DNA from: Chiloscyllium plagiosum
Lineage: Eukaryota
NCBI RefSeq assembly: GCF_004010195.1
Contig: NC_057719.1
Coordinates: 17,532,165 to 17,596,164 of the forward strand
DNA: 64,000 nucleotides
Reading direction: 5' to 3'
Below are positions 1-10,994 of this stretch, one piece after another; the first letter of the stretch is position 1, and each line of letters starts with the position of its first letter. The translations under genes and the position numbers were made by a program. The notes beneath the pieces are model-generated. The model saw nothing but the letters and a program-made list of their open reading frames with translations, was not told the origin of the DNA and made no database searches.

Positions 1-530
1 CGACCCCTCTCGTGCCCCCTCTCGTTCTCCCCTCTCTCTCGCCCCGTCTCTCTCTCAAATCCTTTCTCTCTAGCCCCCTCTATCGCCCCCTCTCACGCCC
101 GCTCTCTCTCGCCTCCTCTCTCGCCCCCACTCTCGCCCTCCTCTCTCTCTCCCCCACCCCCCTCTAGCCCCCTCTCTCTCTCTGACAGACTCTGTCTCCG
201 TGGTTCTTCCCTCTCCCTCTGACGAAGAATTTGGGGAGTTTGGGGGAGGGGGATAGTGGGGCTGTGTGTGGGGATGAGAGGATAAAGAGATGTGGGAGGT
301 GGGAGGAGTGGAAAATGGGAAAGAGACGGAATTGCGGGAGGGAGACAGACATGGCAGGAGATAGACTGGGAGGGTCAGGCAGAAATAACAGTGGAGGCAG
401 GAGGAGAAACCGGGGTTGGGGGTTGTCTGAGAGGGGGCGAGAGAGTGAAAGGGAGAGCTGATCAGAAAGAGACAGTGTGCAGAAAGAGAGAGAGGGAGAG
501 AAGTGATGAGAAAGAGTAGGGGAGAAGAAA
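1..530. repeat. Low-complexity region: CT-rich tract (1-~220) followed by GA-rich tract (~230-530)
   Basis: Degenerate (CTCTCGCCCC)/(CT)n, then (GA)n/(GGGA)n runs, seen directly. They explain the spurious ORFs at 164-574. Confidence 0.85.
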
Positions 531-726
531 TGGGGAGTCCGGAATGCAGTGGGCGGGGTGTCAGATGGAGTCAAACCCAGCTCCTGAGCTCAGTGCACGG
601 TGCCCTCCCCTTCCTTGAGGACCAGGATTTGGGGCTGAGTCTGTTTCTCTCCAGCTCAGTTTCTCCAACACAAAGACACGCAACAACATCGGTCACTCTG
701 CTGCTCGGCACGCTTTAATTAACATT

Positions 727-732
727 TTTATT
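727..732 (-). promoter_or_regulatory. Probable polyadenylation signal (AATAAA) of the GPCR gene
   Basis: Plus-strand TTTATT at 727-732 reads AATAAA on the minus strand, about 210 nt past the TAA stop at 943-945. An ATTAAA variant lies at 714-719. Confidence 0.55.
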
Positions 733-942
733 CTTTACAAATGGAAGTGATAGATACAGTCAGTGGGATGGTGCCTTTTCTCACTGGCCCCTGAGTTGTG
801 AGAAACATTGAAATGTTTCCCTGTTACCCCCCTGTGGGATAAGGATGGACAAACCAGCGCTACCCTCAGTCTGTTACCATAGCGATAGGCTGCACCATCG
901 CTGAAACACTGAACTGAAATGAGAAAATCCTGGATGAATTGA

Positions 943-1853
943 TTAACGAGGGAATTTGATTGATGGATGGATTTTGGTGAATGGATACTTCAGCGCATAC
1001 TTCAGCTGCTGCCTGAACTTAGTCTGGGTCACGGCATAAATTGCGGTGTTTGTGCAGCAACTGAGGAGTTGCAGCATGAAGCCCAATTCCTGCACAAAGT
1101 AATCGAGATGTAAAAATGTATTACCAATATACCACATCCGACTCCATATAGAATACAGCATTAACGTTGACCATAACAGGATGAAATTGGCCGAGATCAC
1201 AAACAGTAAAATGATGGATTTTTTTCGGTTTCTCATTTCAGTGTCAGACTGAGCGTCCCCATTGGTGTGAGCGCGGAGTCTCCTGCGGGCTCTGCTGGTC
1301 ACTAAAATGTGTCTGACGGTGAAAACATTGAGCAGCAGAATCAGGAGAAATGGGACACACGGGGTTAGAATGTTGTGGAGGAACTCGATTGTGACCCAGA
1401 CACTGGAGGAATAAACAGCGTCTGTTACATCACAAAACCAGGGGGCGTTCCGCAGCCAATACCGAGCCGTGAGCATAAAATACCAGAAAATGTTCTTTAA
1501 ACAGCTCAGCACAGTCACTGCTCCCAGAACCACAGCCGCCGTTTTCTCACTGCAATATTTACTTTTCAGCTTCTGGCAAGAAATGGCCACGAACCGATCA
1601 AAGGTGAAAGTGACGGTGAACCAGACAGAGCAGTCAGTGGCTGCATAAAGCAGGACGGCGTGAATATTACACACGGGGACGGAGTCCGTCAGGAAATAAA
1701 ACTGTTCCCAATAAACAATGGGAATGTGTCTCAGTATCAGGTCGAGGATAATGACCAGGAGATCCGCCGCTGCCATGGCCCCCAGGTAACGTCTGACACA
1801 TGGAGACAATCCACAATCTTTATAAAGGAGGACGTAGACGGTCACTACGTTAA
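943..1853 (-). CDS. Terminal coding exon of a GPR139/GPR142-like orphan class A GPCR (end of TM1 to C-terminus)
   Basis: Intact ORF with hydrophobic helices: TM2 YLGAMAAADLL, TM3 DCSVWFTVTFTFDRF (DRY variant), TM5 PCVPF, TM6 FILLW, TM7 SCCTNTAIY (NPxxY variant), helix 8 TQTKFR. On the minus strand, ttttccttcctcacag|TTAAC is a canonical splice acceptor, so the exon starts at 1853. Probably a paralogue of the shark-expanded family rather than the GPR139 orthologue. Confidence 0.9.
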
Positions 1854-2400
1854 CTGTGAGGAAGGAAAACAAACCCATTATCCATCAGCCTGGAGGCAAA
1901 AGGAACCGTTTGATTGGGGATACAGTGAGATTTTCAAATGTGTCCCTGTATTCAGGCATTTATCAAAATAATCGGAGCTGGAACAACAAATGAGAAGGTC
2001 GGATTTACTGACAAAAATGTGACATAAACCACAAGAAACCCTCCCTCCCCAAACACACAGAGACACATCCATAAGGACAGATGGTTTCTAGAACATTCCC
2101 ACACACTCGATCACTCGAGAGCAGACACAGTTCGCTCCTTCCCAGTTCCTAATACGGAGGGTGAAAACGTTGATGTCCTGAAGGATTCTCTCCCAGTTTC
2201 CTGAAGACAAACGGAGTTTGGGAATTTCTGTATTTTGGTCTAAATTGTGATCGATCCTGTTTCGTGAAGAAATGTAAACGCAGGGAAAATGTATTCACAC
2301 CTTTAACTGCCTGAGGGGCCTTCGGAACAGTGTCTCCTTCTCCCTGGAACGGGATCTCTTCCCTCAGAATCTTATCGTTTGTTCAATTCACTGACGTCCG

Positions 2401-2620
2401 GGACAGAACGTTCCAGGGAATGTCAGTTATAAAATGCCGGGGACAGAACGTTCCGGGGAGTGGCAGTTATAGAATGTCGGGGACAGAACGTTCCGGGAAT
2501 GGCAGTTATAGAATGATGGGGTCAGAATGTTCCGGGGAATGGCAGTTATAGATGGTCAGGGATAGAACATTCCGGTGAATGTCGGTTATAGAAAGTTGGG
2601 GACAGAACGTTCCCGGGAAC
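2401..2620. repeat. Minisatellite, ~40 bp unit, ~5.5 copies
   Basis: GGACAGAACGTTCCGGGGAATGGCAGTTATAGAATGTCGG-like units start at 2401, 2441, 2481, ~2520, ~2560 and ~2600. Confidence 0.95.
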
Positions 2621-2874
2621 TCCTTGACCTGTCCATCATCTTGCCCACCTATCCACCCCACCAACATGATGCACTGTGCACAGGGTACATATTTGTCCAG
2701 CATGTGGAGCTGTGCAGAGCACAGCAGAGCACTTATATGTGAAACTGAAACAAATATCCATCCAGCACCGGGAGCTGCACTGACCACTTCATTGCATTAT
2801 TTATAAATCTCAACCAGATAGTCTAACCAGCACAGTGACCTGTGCAGTGATCACCCGTAAATTAATATGAAACC

Positions 2875-3393
2875 CAGGAGCAGTTACCCTCCCAGCATGT
2901 AAGACTGTATACACCACCCCAGTGCATTGTTCTGTAAACCCGGAGCAGTTACCCTCCCAGCATGTAAGACTGTGTACAAGACCCCAGTGCATTGATCTGT
3001 AAACAAGGAGCAGTAACTGTGGCACAGTGGCATTGGGCGGCATGATGGTACAGTGGCTTGCACTGCTGTCTCACAGCGCCAGAGATGCGGGTCCAATTCC
3101 CGCCTCAGGCAACTGACTGTGTGGATCTTGCACATTCTCCCTGTCTCTGCGTGGGTTTCCTTCAGGTGCTCCGGTTTCCTCCCACAGTCCAAAAAAATGT
3201 GCAGTTTAGGTGAATTAGGTAGTGTTAGGTGAAGGGGTAAATGGAGGGGAATGGGTTTGTTTGTGTTGCGCTTCGGCGAGTTGGTGTGAACTTGTTGGGC
3301 CGAAGGATCTGTTTCCACATGTAAGTAATCTAATCTAATCTACTCTCCCAGCATGTAGGACTGTGTACACTACCCCAGTGCATTGCTCAGTAA
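2875..3393. repeat. ~65 bp tandem repeat x3, third unit split by a SINE
   Basis: GGAGCAGTTACCCTCCCAGCATGTAAGACTGTGTAC...CCCCAGTGCATTG at ~2877 and ~2942. The third copy is split into ~3007-3016 and 3343-3393. Confidence 0.9.
3035..3342 (+). mobile_element. HE1-like tRNA-derived V-SINE
   Basis: tRNA-like head with A/B boxes, V-domain core TGCACATTCTCCCTGTCTCTGCGTGGGTTTCC, (TAATC)n tail. Confidence 0.9.
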
Positions 3394-3823
3394 CACTGTG
3401 TTAGATCCCTGCCCAGTGTGGGGAAACCTGCAGCCCGTGCTGGAAGTGACAGGATGTACAGCTCCCACCCATTTACAGCTCCATATCCCCATTGTACCAA
3501 GACAAGGGGGTGCTGTATGTATGAATATCACTGCCAGAGAGAGATGGCGGGGGAATCAGTTTAAATATCACCACATGGGAGGGGTTTGGGAAACAGACAG
3601 TGAGGGGGAGACGAAGAGACAGTGTCATGGAAGGATGTGTTCCCAGGTTTCTGAATGGTGAAATGCAGACAATTCGATAGCATCCCATAACATGAGCCAT
3701 TCTTCCCAGGAAAGATGGGAAAAAAGGACATTGGTTTCAGGTCAGATCCTGGAGAGTTTTGGATGAGCATTTGTTCTACATCTTTGTAAATGGGAGTGGT
3801 TTCAACAGAATCTATAAATCTCT

Positions 3824-4545
3824 GGGCTGAATCTAACAATAATTTGTCTCAGTGCCATTTTCATTGTGTGACAGAGGGATTGTCTGGACGGGGCTGAGCT
3901 AGATTCCCAGTGCTATCTTATCGAACTCATCTCATTAACTAGCCATCCCTCCCATGTCTGATACCAGTCTGATTCTCCCACCCATCATGGCGGGTGGTAC
4001 TCATCATCGCCCAGATGTCCCTGGATTTTCGGTGATCTCTGGCGCTGGTGCCATCTTTAAAAGGCCAATGGGCAAATGGTTGAACTTTCTCAGTTCAGAG
4101 CTGCCCTGCATTGTTTACTCTGAGCATGGCAGCTAAGGGGAAATTACACCACGGTTGGTTGATATGGGCACGGAGGTCCTGGTGGATGGGTGAGTATGGA
4201 GAGGCGCCATTCTCTTCCCAGAGGAGACAGCACCAGATCCACTGAGCATGGTCTGAGCTCACCACACAGCTCAGTGCAGTATCTGCGGTCTGAAGAAATG
4301 TCCAGCTATACAGCACAAGCATCAATAACCTTGCCGGTCTGTCAGGATAAAGGTCACCATATTCTCTCTGCTCCCTCACACTCACTGTATATCTGTTATA
4401 GCACCGACTCCGAACAAGGTTCATGCTCCACCACTCTAATTGCTGCATGCAGCACCTTCTCTCTCTCTCTGTCTGTCTCTTTCTCTCTGTCTCTCTGTCT
4501 CTCTCTGTCTCTGTCTCTGTCTCTCCTCCTGCATGCAGCACCTTC

Positions 4546-4606
<61 letters not shown>

Positions 4607-5200
4607 GTCCCCCTGCAATTTACCCTTCCACAACAATAACACTACATGGATACAACACTGCGGATTAACTTCCTCCGGACACCTCACCATGTCCCCCAGT
4701 CACACTGCACCAGCACTAACAGCAAGGCCACCCCCTCCCACCCACATTCCCTTCCCTCCCTTTATCCCATTCCAGGAGAAACATCCTGGAATAGGACAGA
4801 AAGGGCCAGGGCGGGTGGTGGAATGCTCGATATTCGTTCCCTCACCCCCTCCCCCTGCCATGTGGGGAGGACCCTGGTTGAAACCAGAGTGGACCGAGAC
4901 GCCTCGTGTGGAGATTCTGAAGCATCTGCGTCCCACCGACCGAGTGAGGAGCAATGTTCAGTGAAGAGCAATTCTCACTTTAAACCCACTGGCAGCTCCA
5001 TTTCCCACCGGCTCAACGTAGAAGCAATGGCCCTGATGCCATCTCCCTTTTGTGTCGCTCTGGTACAAATGGAATCCCCAAAGTCTCGGTGGACAGGAGG
5101 GTGGGCTCATAACACATCGTTACCACCACTACCTTCCAGGAAGGGAGCACAGAGACTCCCCCCATCACCTCCTCCTGGAAACAGCTCAGATACTGAAACT
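3824..5200 (+). mobile_element. PIF/Harbinger transposon remnant with decayed two-exon Myb/SANT-like gene
   Basis: Terminal GGGCTGAATCT at 3824. Frameshifted exon ~4126-4350 (MAAKGK..PRLVDMGTEVLVDG..AILFP..AWSELTTQLSAVSAV*RNVQ). Second exon ~4776-4946 (WNRTERARAGGGMLDIRSLTP). Both resemble Harbinger Myb/SANT partner proteins. Right boundary uncertain. Confidence 0.7.
4444..4608. repeat. (CT)n/(CTCTGT)n microsatellite with duplicated TGCATGCAGCACCTTCTCTCTCT head
   Basis: Seen directly; the head occurs at ~4445 and ~4530. Confidence 0.95.
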
Positions 5201-5204
5201 AATC

Positions 5205-5520
5205 AGTGAGAGTTACTGCTCTCCTCACTTGACCTGACATCTTCAACAATGTGTGCTCGTATACACGCAGCGCTCTCTGTTTCTGCACCCGCTTTATAAC
5301 AGTGTGTTCTGTATTAAACTGCCGTTCATTGTCCTTCCTACTACAGTAGATCACCTCACACTGCTCTGCATTGATTCCCATCTGCCTTATATCTGAACAC
5401 GACACCAACCTATCACTGTCCTGTTAGAGTTCCACACTTTCATCCAAAGACTTTACAATTCTTCCAGGTTTGCTGCCATCTACAAACATTGAGATTGTCG
5501 TAGTGCCACAGTCCCCAAGA
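5205..5520 (-). mobile_element. Decayed CR1 LINE ORF2 fragment
   Basis: Minus translation includes FVDGSKPGRIV and QMGINAEQCEVIYCSRK, a degenerate CR1 FADDTK..WQM.FNA.KCEV.H.G region. Confidence 0.7.
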
Positions 5521-5723
5521 AACAGCTGAAATCCTGCCACACACACGTGTGAGCAAGTGAAATATTGATATGTCCCCGTGGACAGAGTCGAATAATGATT
5601 TGCTGTCAATGGAGCAACAAAAATCCTGACACACACGAAATGGAGTGGATGCAATATTGACAAACCACACAGCAAGAAAAATATGATAGGCTCCACCTAT
5701 CTTCATTGACATCAGGGTATTAA

Positions 5724-6489
5724 TGTTATAAAGTTGAAGGTGTGTACTGTACCTTTAAGAGAGAGGGAAAGCTGTTCTGAACTGAGAGCTTACAAACTCC
5801 TGTGAGATGAAAGAATGGCAGACTCGGAGTGTCAAGGACAACTGAAAATGTGTAACATTTGGCTGTGAAATAGATCCCTGAGATGGTTGCTCTTTGGACA
5901 ACAATTCGAAATTACCAATCAGTTTAATTTATGCCCCAGGGTACTAAAAGCAAACCAAGTTTGAATTTATTGGTTTTCGAAAATTGAACCAATGAGATGA
6001 TCTGATGTTGTGGATATTAAGAATGCAAGCATTTTGAAAATTGCAGACAGAGCAAATGCAATCAACAGATCCAAGAGATTGGGAAACACTCGCTATCAAA
6101 GGTACCTTTTCATATGAAACATATCCGCAGTAAAAAGACAGAAGATGACCCAGAGAGATCTTCTCACAGAAGAAGCGACAAAATCAACAGCTGCTGTGTG
6201 GTTTTGAAATTAAGTTAAAGTAATTTTAATAAGCACCTTATTGAAAGTGTATATCGTTGTAGAGTTGGAATTGGGGAATAAGCAGTTAAGAGAAAGGGGG
6301 TCTCAGATTTGTGAATAGTTGATGTAAAATGTTCACTTTCAGAGTTAAAAAAATAAACTGATGAGTTTATTTAAAAAGTGGAATTTGGGAGTTCTCTGTC
6401 ACTCATATTTTAACAGTTTACGAGGCGAATTGAGCATTTCTTTACGTTTAGTTTAAATTACCAGATGAGCTCAATGCTGTGTCCTAACA
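5724..6489 (+). mobile_element. Probable solo LTR
   Basis: A 766 bp segment bounded by the inverted termini TGTTA (5724) and TAACA (6485-6489), with internal CCAAT motifs and AATAAA (~6352). No clean TSD or PBS seen. Confidence 0.55.
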
Positions 6490-7113
6490 ATTGCTGTGTG
6501 TGAACATGTGTGTCTCTGTGTGGGGCAGGTCTGGCAGTCTCTGTCGTGCTTAAAGTAGGCAAGATTACAGTAATAATGATTGAATTCAATGTTCAGATAG
6601 AGTGCAAAATCAGATTGGTCGTGGATCGCATCAAAACTTAGTTGTAGAACGTCTATGAGACGTTTTCTTTCAGCACCTTTTGGTGGATCCCATGCAGAAG
6701 AGACAGTTTATTATTTACTGTTTTGCAGTGACATAGATTTGATAAGGGTGCGAAAGTTAAAGAAATTCCTAGATCAGTGACCATGACATGCTGGAACGTA
6801 CAATGCAATCTTTAAGGAGAACATGGATTCTGAGCTAACAGTATAACAGTCGAAAGAAGGCAAGTTCAGCTGCACGATAGTGGAGCTGGCAATAATTGAC
6901 TGGAAGATGAAACCAGAAGGAATGACTTTGGAACAGCAATGACAGGACCTTCCCGTAGAATTGAGAGAGAAGCAGCAAAACTCCATCCGAGACAAACAAG
7001 TAGACTAAAGGGAGGATGATGCAAATATTTGACGAGGGAATTCAGGGACAGCTCACAAGCAACAGACAAAGCAAATTATTTGGCGACTGCTATTGGCAAG
7101 ACTTGGAATTGGA

Positions 7114-7503
7114 TATGGAAATGTGTTGCTCGAAAAGCGCAGCAGGTCAGGCAGCATCGAGGGAACGGGAGAATCGACGTTTCGGGCATTAGCCCTTCTT
7201 CAGGAATGAGGAAAGTGGGGCCCTTCTTCAGGAATGAGGAAAGTGGGGCCCTTCTTCAGGAATGAGGAAAGTGGGGCCCTTCTTCAGGAATGAGGAAAGT
7301 GGGGCCCTTCTTCAGGAATGAGGAAAGTGGGGCCCCTATCTTTTATCTTAGCCTGCTGGACCAACTTTCCTCATTCCTGAAGAAGGGCTAATGCCCGAAA
7401 CGTCGATTCTCCTGTTCCCTAGATGCTGCCTGACCTGCTGCGCTTTTCCAGCAACACATTTCCATCTCTGATCTCCAGCATCTGCAGACCTCACTTTCTC
7501 CTC
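7114..7503. mobile_element. Fold-back Penelope-like terminal-repeat element with internal 28 bp x5 tandem array
   Basis: Near-perfect ~100 bp inverted arms (~7114-7216 and ~7364-7465). CCCTTCTTCAGGAATGAGGAAAGTGGGG occurs five times at 7193-7332. Each arm has a hammerhead-like core. Confidence 0.85.
7377..7404 (+). ncRNA. Minimal hammerhead ribozyme-like motif (mirror copy on minus strand at 7176-7203)
   Basis: CTGAAGA-A-GGGC-TAAT-GCCC-GAAA-C-GTC matches CUGANGA / stem II / GAAA / NUH. Helix I pairing is weak. Confidence 0.55.
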
Positions 7504-7608
7504 AAACAAAGAGGTATCTACCAGTATTACCTAGTTTGGGAAGATTTTCTGGGTTGTACTGGAATGACGATACTTCCTCAACAGGAGATGTGTTCAATTC
7601 AGTTGAAA

Positions 7609-7700
7609 TAGAACATAGAACATAGAAGAATACAGCGCAGTACAGGCCCTTTGGCCCTCGATGTTGCGCCGATCCAAGCCCACCTAACCTATACTAACCC
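7609..7700 (-). mobile_element. CR1 (HER1-like) 3' tail
   Basis: (ATAGAAC)n terminus and CAGTACAGGCCCTTTGGCCCTCGATGTTGCGCCGA, the reverse complement of the tail of the LINE ending at 12630. Confidence 0.8.
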
Positions 7701-9359
7701 TTCAATGTTTCACTTGAAGCCAATATGGAGGCATCCTAGTCATGATAGCATCCAGAGTCTACGTAGCAGTTTGCAATACTAGAACTACTGACAGATGGCC
7801 ACAAACAAAAATAACCACAATGATAAATGGCATTTCAGCTCACCCATGATGACAGTTAGGGAAAGTTTTGCTTTTAATGAGGTCCCTAAGGACTCACAAC
7901 TACAATGCCTTTGTCATCTATCTGAATGCGAGTGTGTCAGTGTATGTGATCAGCACAGATAATAAACGTAATATCTTACCTACAACTTGTAAAATGTAAG
8001 ATCAGTACACAAATCTTTGAATATTAGCTGAATCTAATTACAGCAATGTAAAGTTGTCCAATGCATATTGTTGATTGACAAATTGGAGACGGTCAATCAT
8101 GGCATCATCAGATATAATGCAACCAGTTTCAATGTGAAGCTATCATGATGTCATTAGCTGAACAACAGGGAGCAAGGTAAGACATTGTAATCAAATGAGC
8201 AACTGCAAGAATTCCAGTGTAGCTGAATGCTCAGATAAACACGTTATAGTGGTGAGTACTAAAGGGCTGCACTTAGGAAACTATCCTCCTACGCTCTCAA
8301 ATGTATTTGTCCAAATAAATCATTTCCGATGATACCATGAGGTATGGCAATGACTTGCCAAGCTGATTTAATTGAGACCGCCAGGAGCATCATTCAGGGC
8401 CAGGTAGAGGGGCTTTGAGTGTTTGATCTGCATTGCTCCCACTAGTACAGCTGCACTGGCACTGAGGGCTAGAGGGTAAGAGAACAAAGGGAATTTTATG
8501 TGTTGGAATAGAAATTCCTGCCTTTGAAATGAAGCAGCCGGAATGGGCAATAAAACAGGAAAATGGATTTCCGTCAGCATTTGAAGTTAAGCCTTTAGTG
8601 TCAAGAGCGTCTCTTTCTTTCACCTTTTATGGAAAAGGCCTTTTGAGAGGGTTAAGTCCTGTGTTTCACATCAGAAGCTGTAAACATGCCAGGGGAAAGG
8701 AAAATGATTTATTAGAATCACTTTTATTTATGGCGTATCTTTTTCATTTTGATGTATTCGTCCGTTTGTGATCAACAACATGACTTCAGCTAAACAAAGG
8801 CCGTTAATTCAGTTTTCAGACCAAGGTGCAGTGGTAGATTAAAATAATCAAATTGTTCAAACAAGCAGTGAATTAGCACCCTATTTACTAGTCAGGAGCA
8901 GCTTTAATCTATCAACAGGTATAGGCTCAGCATTTTTACTGATCAACAGACAATATCCTGTAATATTAAGGAAATCAATGCAAATGCAACTTTCCAAAAA
9001 ATCTTGTAGCACTTCCTTCACTGGACTTGTTACAAGAAAATGGATACATGTGCTATGTGATTATTGTACAGTACAGTTTAAAGAATGTTTGTGCACTTAT
9101 ACAACGTCCTTCACAATTTCAGGGCTTCCTGATGCACTTCATTATTAATGTTTGCAGTATGTTCATTATTGCAATGCGGGAAAGGGGACCATCAATTCAA
9201 ACATAGCAAACTCACGAGAAATAGCAATGAAATAAATGACTGGATCGTCTATGTCTTAGCTGTTAGTCGAGGGATAACTATTGACCAAGACAGGAGAACT
9301 CCATTGCTTATCTTCAAAAAGTGTCCTGGGAACATTTACCCCATCTAAGCAGACAGATA

Positions 9360-9697
9360 GGGAACATCTCCGGGACACCCGCACCAATCAACCACACCGC
9401 CCCATGGCCCAACATTTCAACTCCCCCTCCCACTCTGCCAAGGACATGGAGGTCCTGGGCCTCCTTCACCGCCGCTCCCTCACCACCAGACGCCTGGAGG
9501 AAGAACGCCTCCTCCCCCACTCATCCATTGTACTCTATGCTACTTTCTCCCCACCCCCACCCTCCTCTAGCTTATCTCTCCAAGCTTCAGGCTCACTGCC
9601 TTTATTCCTGATGAAGGGCTTTTGCCCGAAACGTCGATTTCGCTGCTCCTTAGATGCTGCCTGAACTGCTGTGCTCTTCCAGCACCACTAATCCAGA
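9360..9697 (+). mobile_element. Penelope-like element 3' fragment (GIY-YIG endonuclease C-terminal part plus terminal repeat)
   Basis: Translation EHLRDTRTNQPHRPMAQHFNSPSHSAKDMEVLGLLHRRSLTTRRLEEERL is typical of the PLE endonuclease tail. The terminal repeat is related to that at 7364-7465. Confidence 0.85.
9608..9635 (+). ncRNA. Minimal hammerhead ribozyme-like motif
   Basis: CTGATGA (9608-14), A, stem GGGC-TTTT-GCCC, GAAA (9628-31), C, GTC. Confidence 0.6.
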
Positions 9698-10994
9698 TGC
9701 AGCCTTAGCTTAACATCTCAACCAAAATTCATAGAATATTTGTACTGGCAGAGCTATGAAGAACATCCAGTCTTATTTGAGAGGTCTGTTGACCGTCAGA
9801 TCTATGTTTTGAACTCTTTAAATTGCAATACAAAATAGGCATTAGATAATTCCTGTTTGAACTGGACTCCAAGTGTCTTGTATTAATTGCTTCTCTCCTA
9901 CAGTGTACATTTGGAGATTTAGACATTGATAACCCTATATTGCATTAGTTAGATGTGTAAACGTGAAGGTCAAACAAAATATTACAACTGAACTGAATAT
10001 TTATCAATAGATCCACACAAAAAAAAATTAGGTCTGTCTAGATCTCAGTCTTCCTTTATTCTCTATCTCCCTTCTCAATTCTCCTTCGCGTGCACAATAC
10101 TGATTGACAGATGAATGTCAGAATTGGCCTAAATGAGATATCAGATCTGACATTTCCCTTTAACTCATTCATTATTAACATGTCATTTGGCATCATTTTG
10201 GAAGCAGACCCTTCATTCCAGTGATATGCCAGATGGTATTATTAGAGCAGTTGTGTAGCACGTAACATCAGGATGACAGGGAATAAAGTAATACATTTGA
10301 AGAGGATTTCTCAGTAAATGTTGATATCTTGAAAACTTTCTACAGTAAAAGAAATGGTTAAAAAAAAATATTCTTCCAAGAAAACCACTATTGCATAAGT
10401 TTGAGACAAGATAAAGGAACCTCTATTGTAACAATTAGTTTTAGACAAAGGGTATATCATTAATGAATGAGAATTTCTCCTGCCTAAACTCCCTGCCCAT
10501 CAAACACTCTCCACACCAAAATAACTGTCCTGTCCTCATTTCCAAATGTTCCATTAAACTCTGCCAACTATACAGGTCAGTGTTCAAGGTTTATTTAAAT
10601 CACATACTCCATTGTTGCAAGGACCATGAAGGTGTTGACAATTCCTTGTAGTTTTATTAGGCCTGTTTTTTTACTGAGCCTACACAGCGATCTTCAATTC
10701 CCACCTCTCACATCCACTTAAAACGTTGGCAACCATTGATGGAAAACTAGGAGAGTCCACTGGATGTGTCTTTGACACAAGCCGACCCATCCTCTTGCCT
10801 GATTTCATTTTCAAACCAACCTCTAAATGAGAGCCTAACAATTTGCAGATGAGGAGAAATTTGGAAGCATTGTAGACTGAGGGGAACACTAATACTGCAG
10901 AAAGGCTCAGGCAAGTTGGTGGAGTGGGGGGGATGGGAACAGATGAAGTTCAATATGGATTTTGTAGGATGAACGTGGAGAGATAATATAAATT

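Larger units (their letters stand above)
9060..9722 (-). mobile_element. Deu-domain SINE (SacSINE1-like), interrupted by a Penelope-like fragment
   Basis: Degenerate Deu core (CTTCAAAAAGTGTCCTGGGAAC...GCAGACAGAT | GCAGCCTTAGCTTAACATCTCA), similar to 37420-37512 and continuous across the 9360-9697 insert. Confidence 0.55.

Noticed and set aside
1854..1878. ATG at 1878 as the annotated GPCR start
   Set aside because: It lies in the polypyrimidine tract of a canonical acceptor. The protein would lack an N-terminus and most of TM1.
2401..2620. CRISPR-like array (40 bp period)
   Set aside because: The whole unit repeats with drift and has no unique spacers, so it is a minisatellite.
4095..4964. 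Overlapping 81-174 aa ORFs
   Set aside because: They stay open only because of the stop-free (CT)n/(GA)n microsatellite.
7193..7332. CRISPR-like array (28 bp repeats)
   Set aside because: The units are directly adjacent with no spacers, there are no cas genes, and the context is vertebrate.
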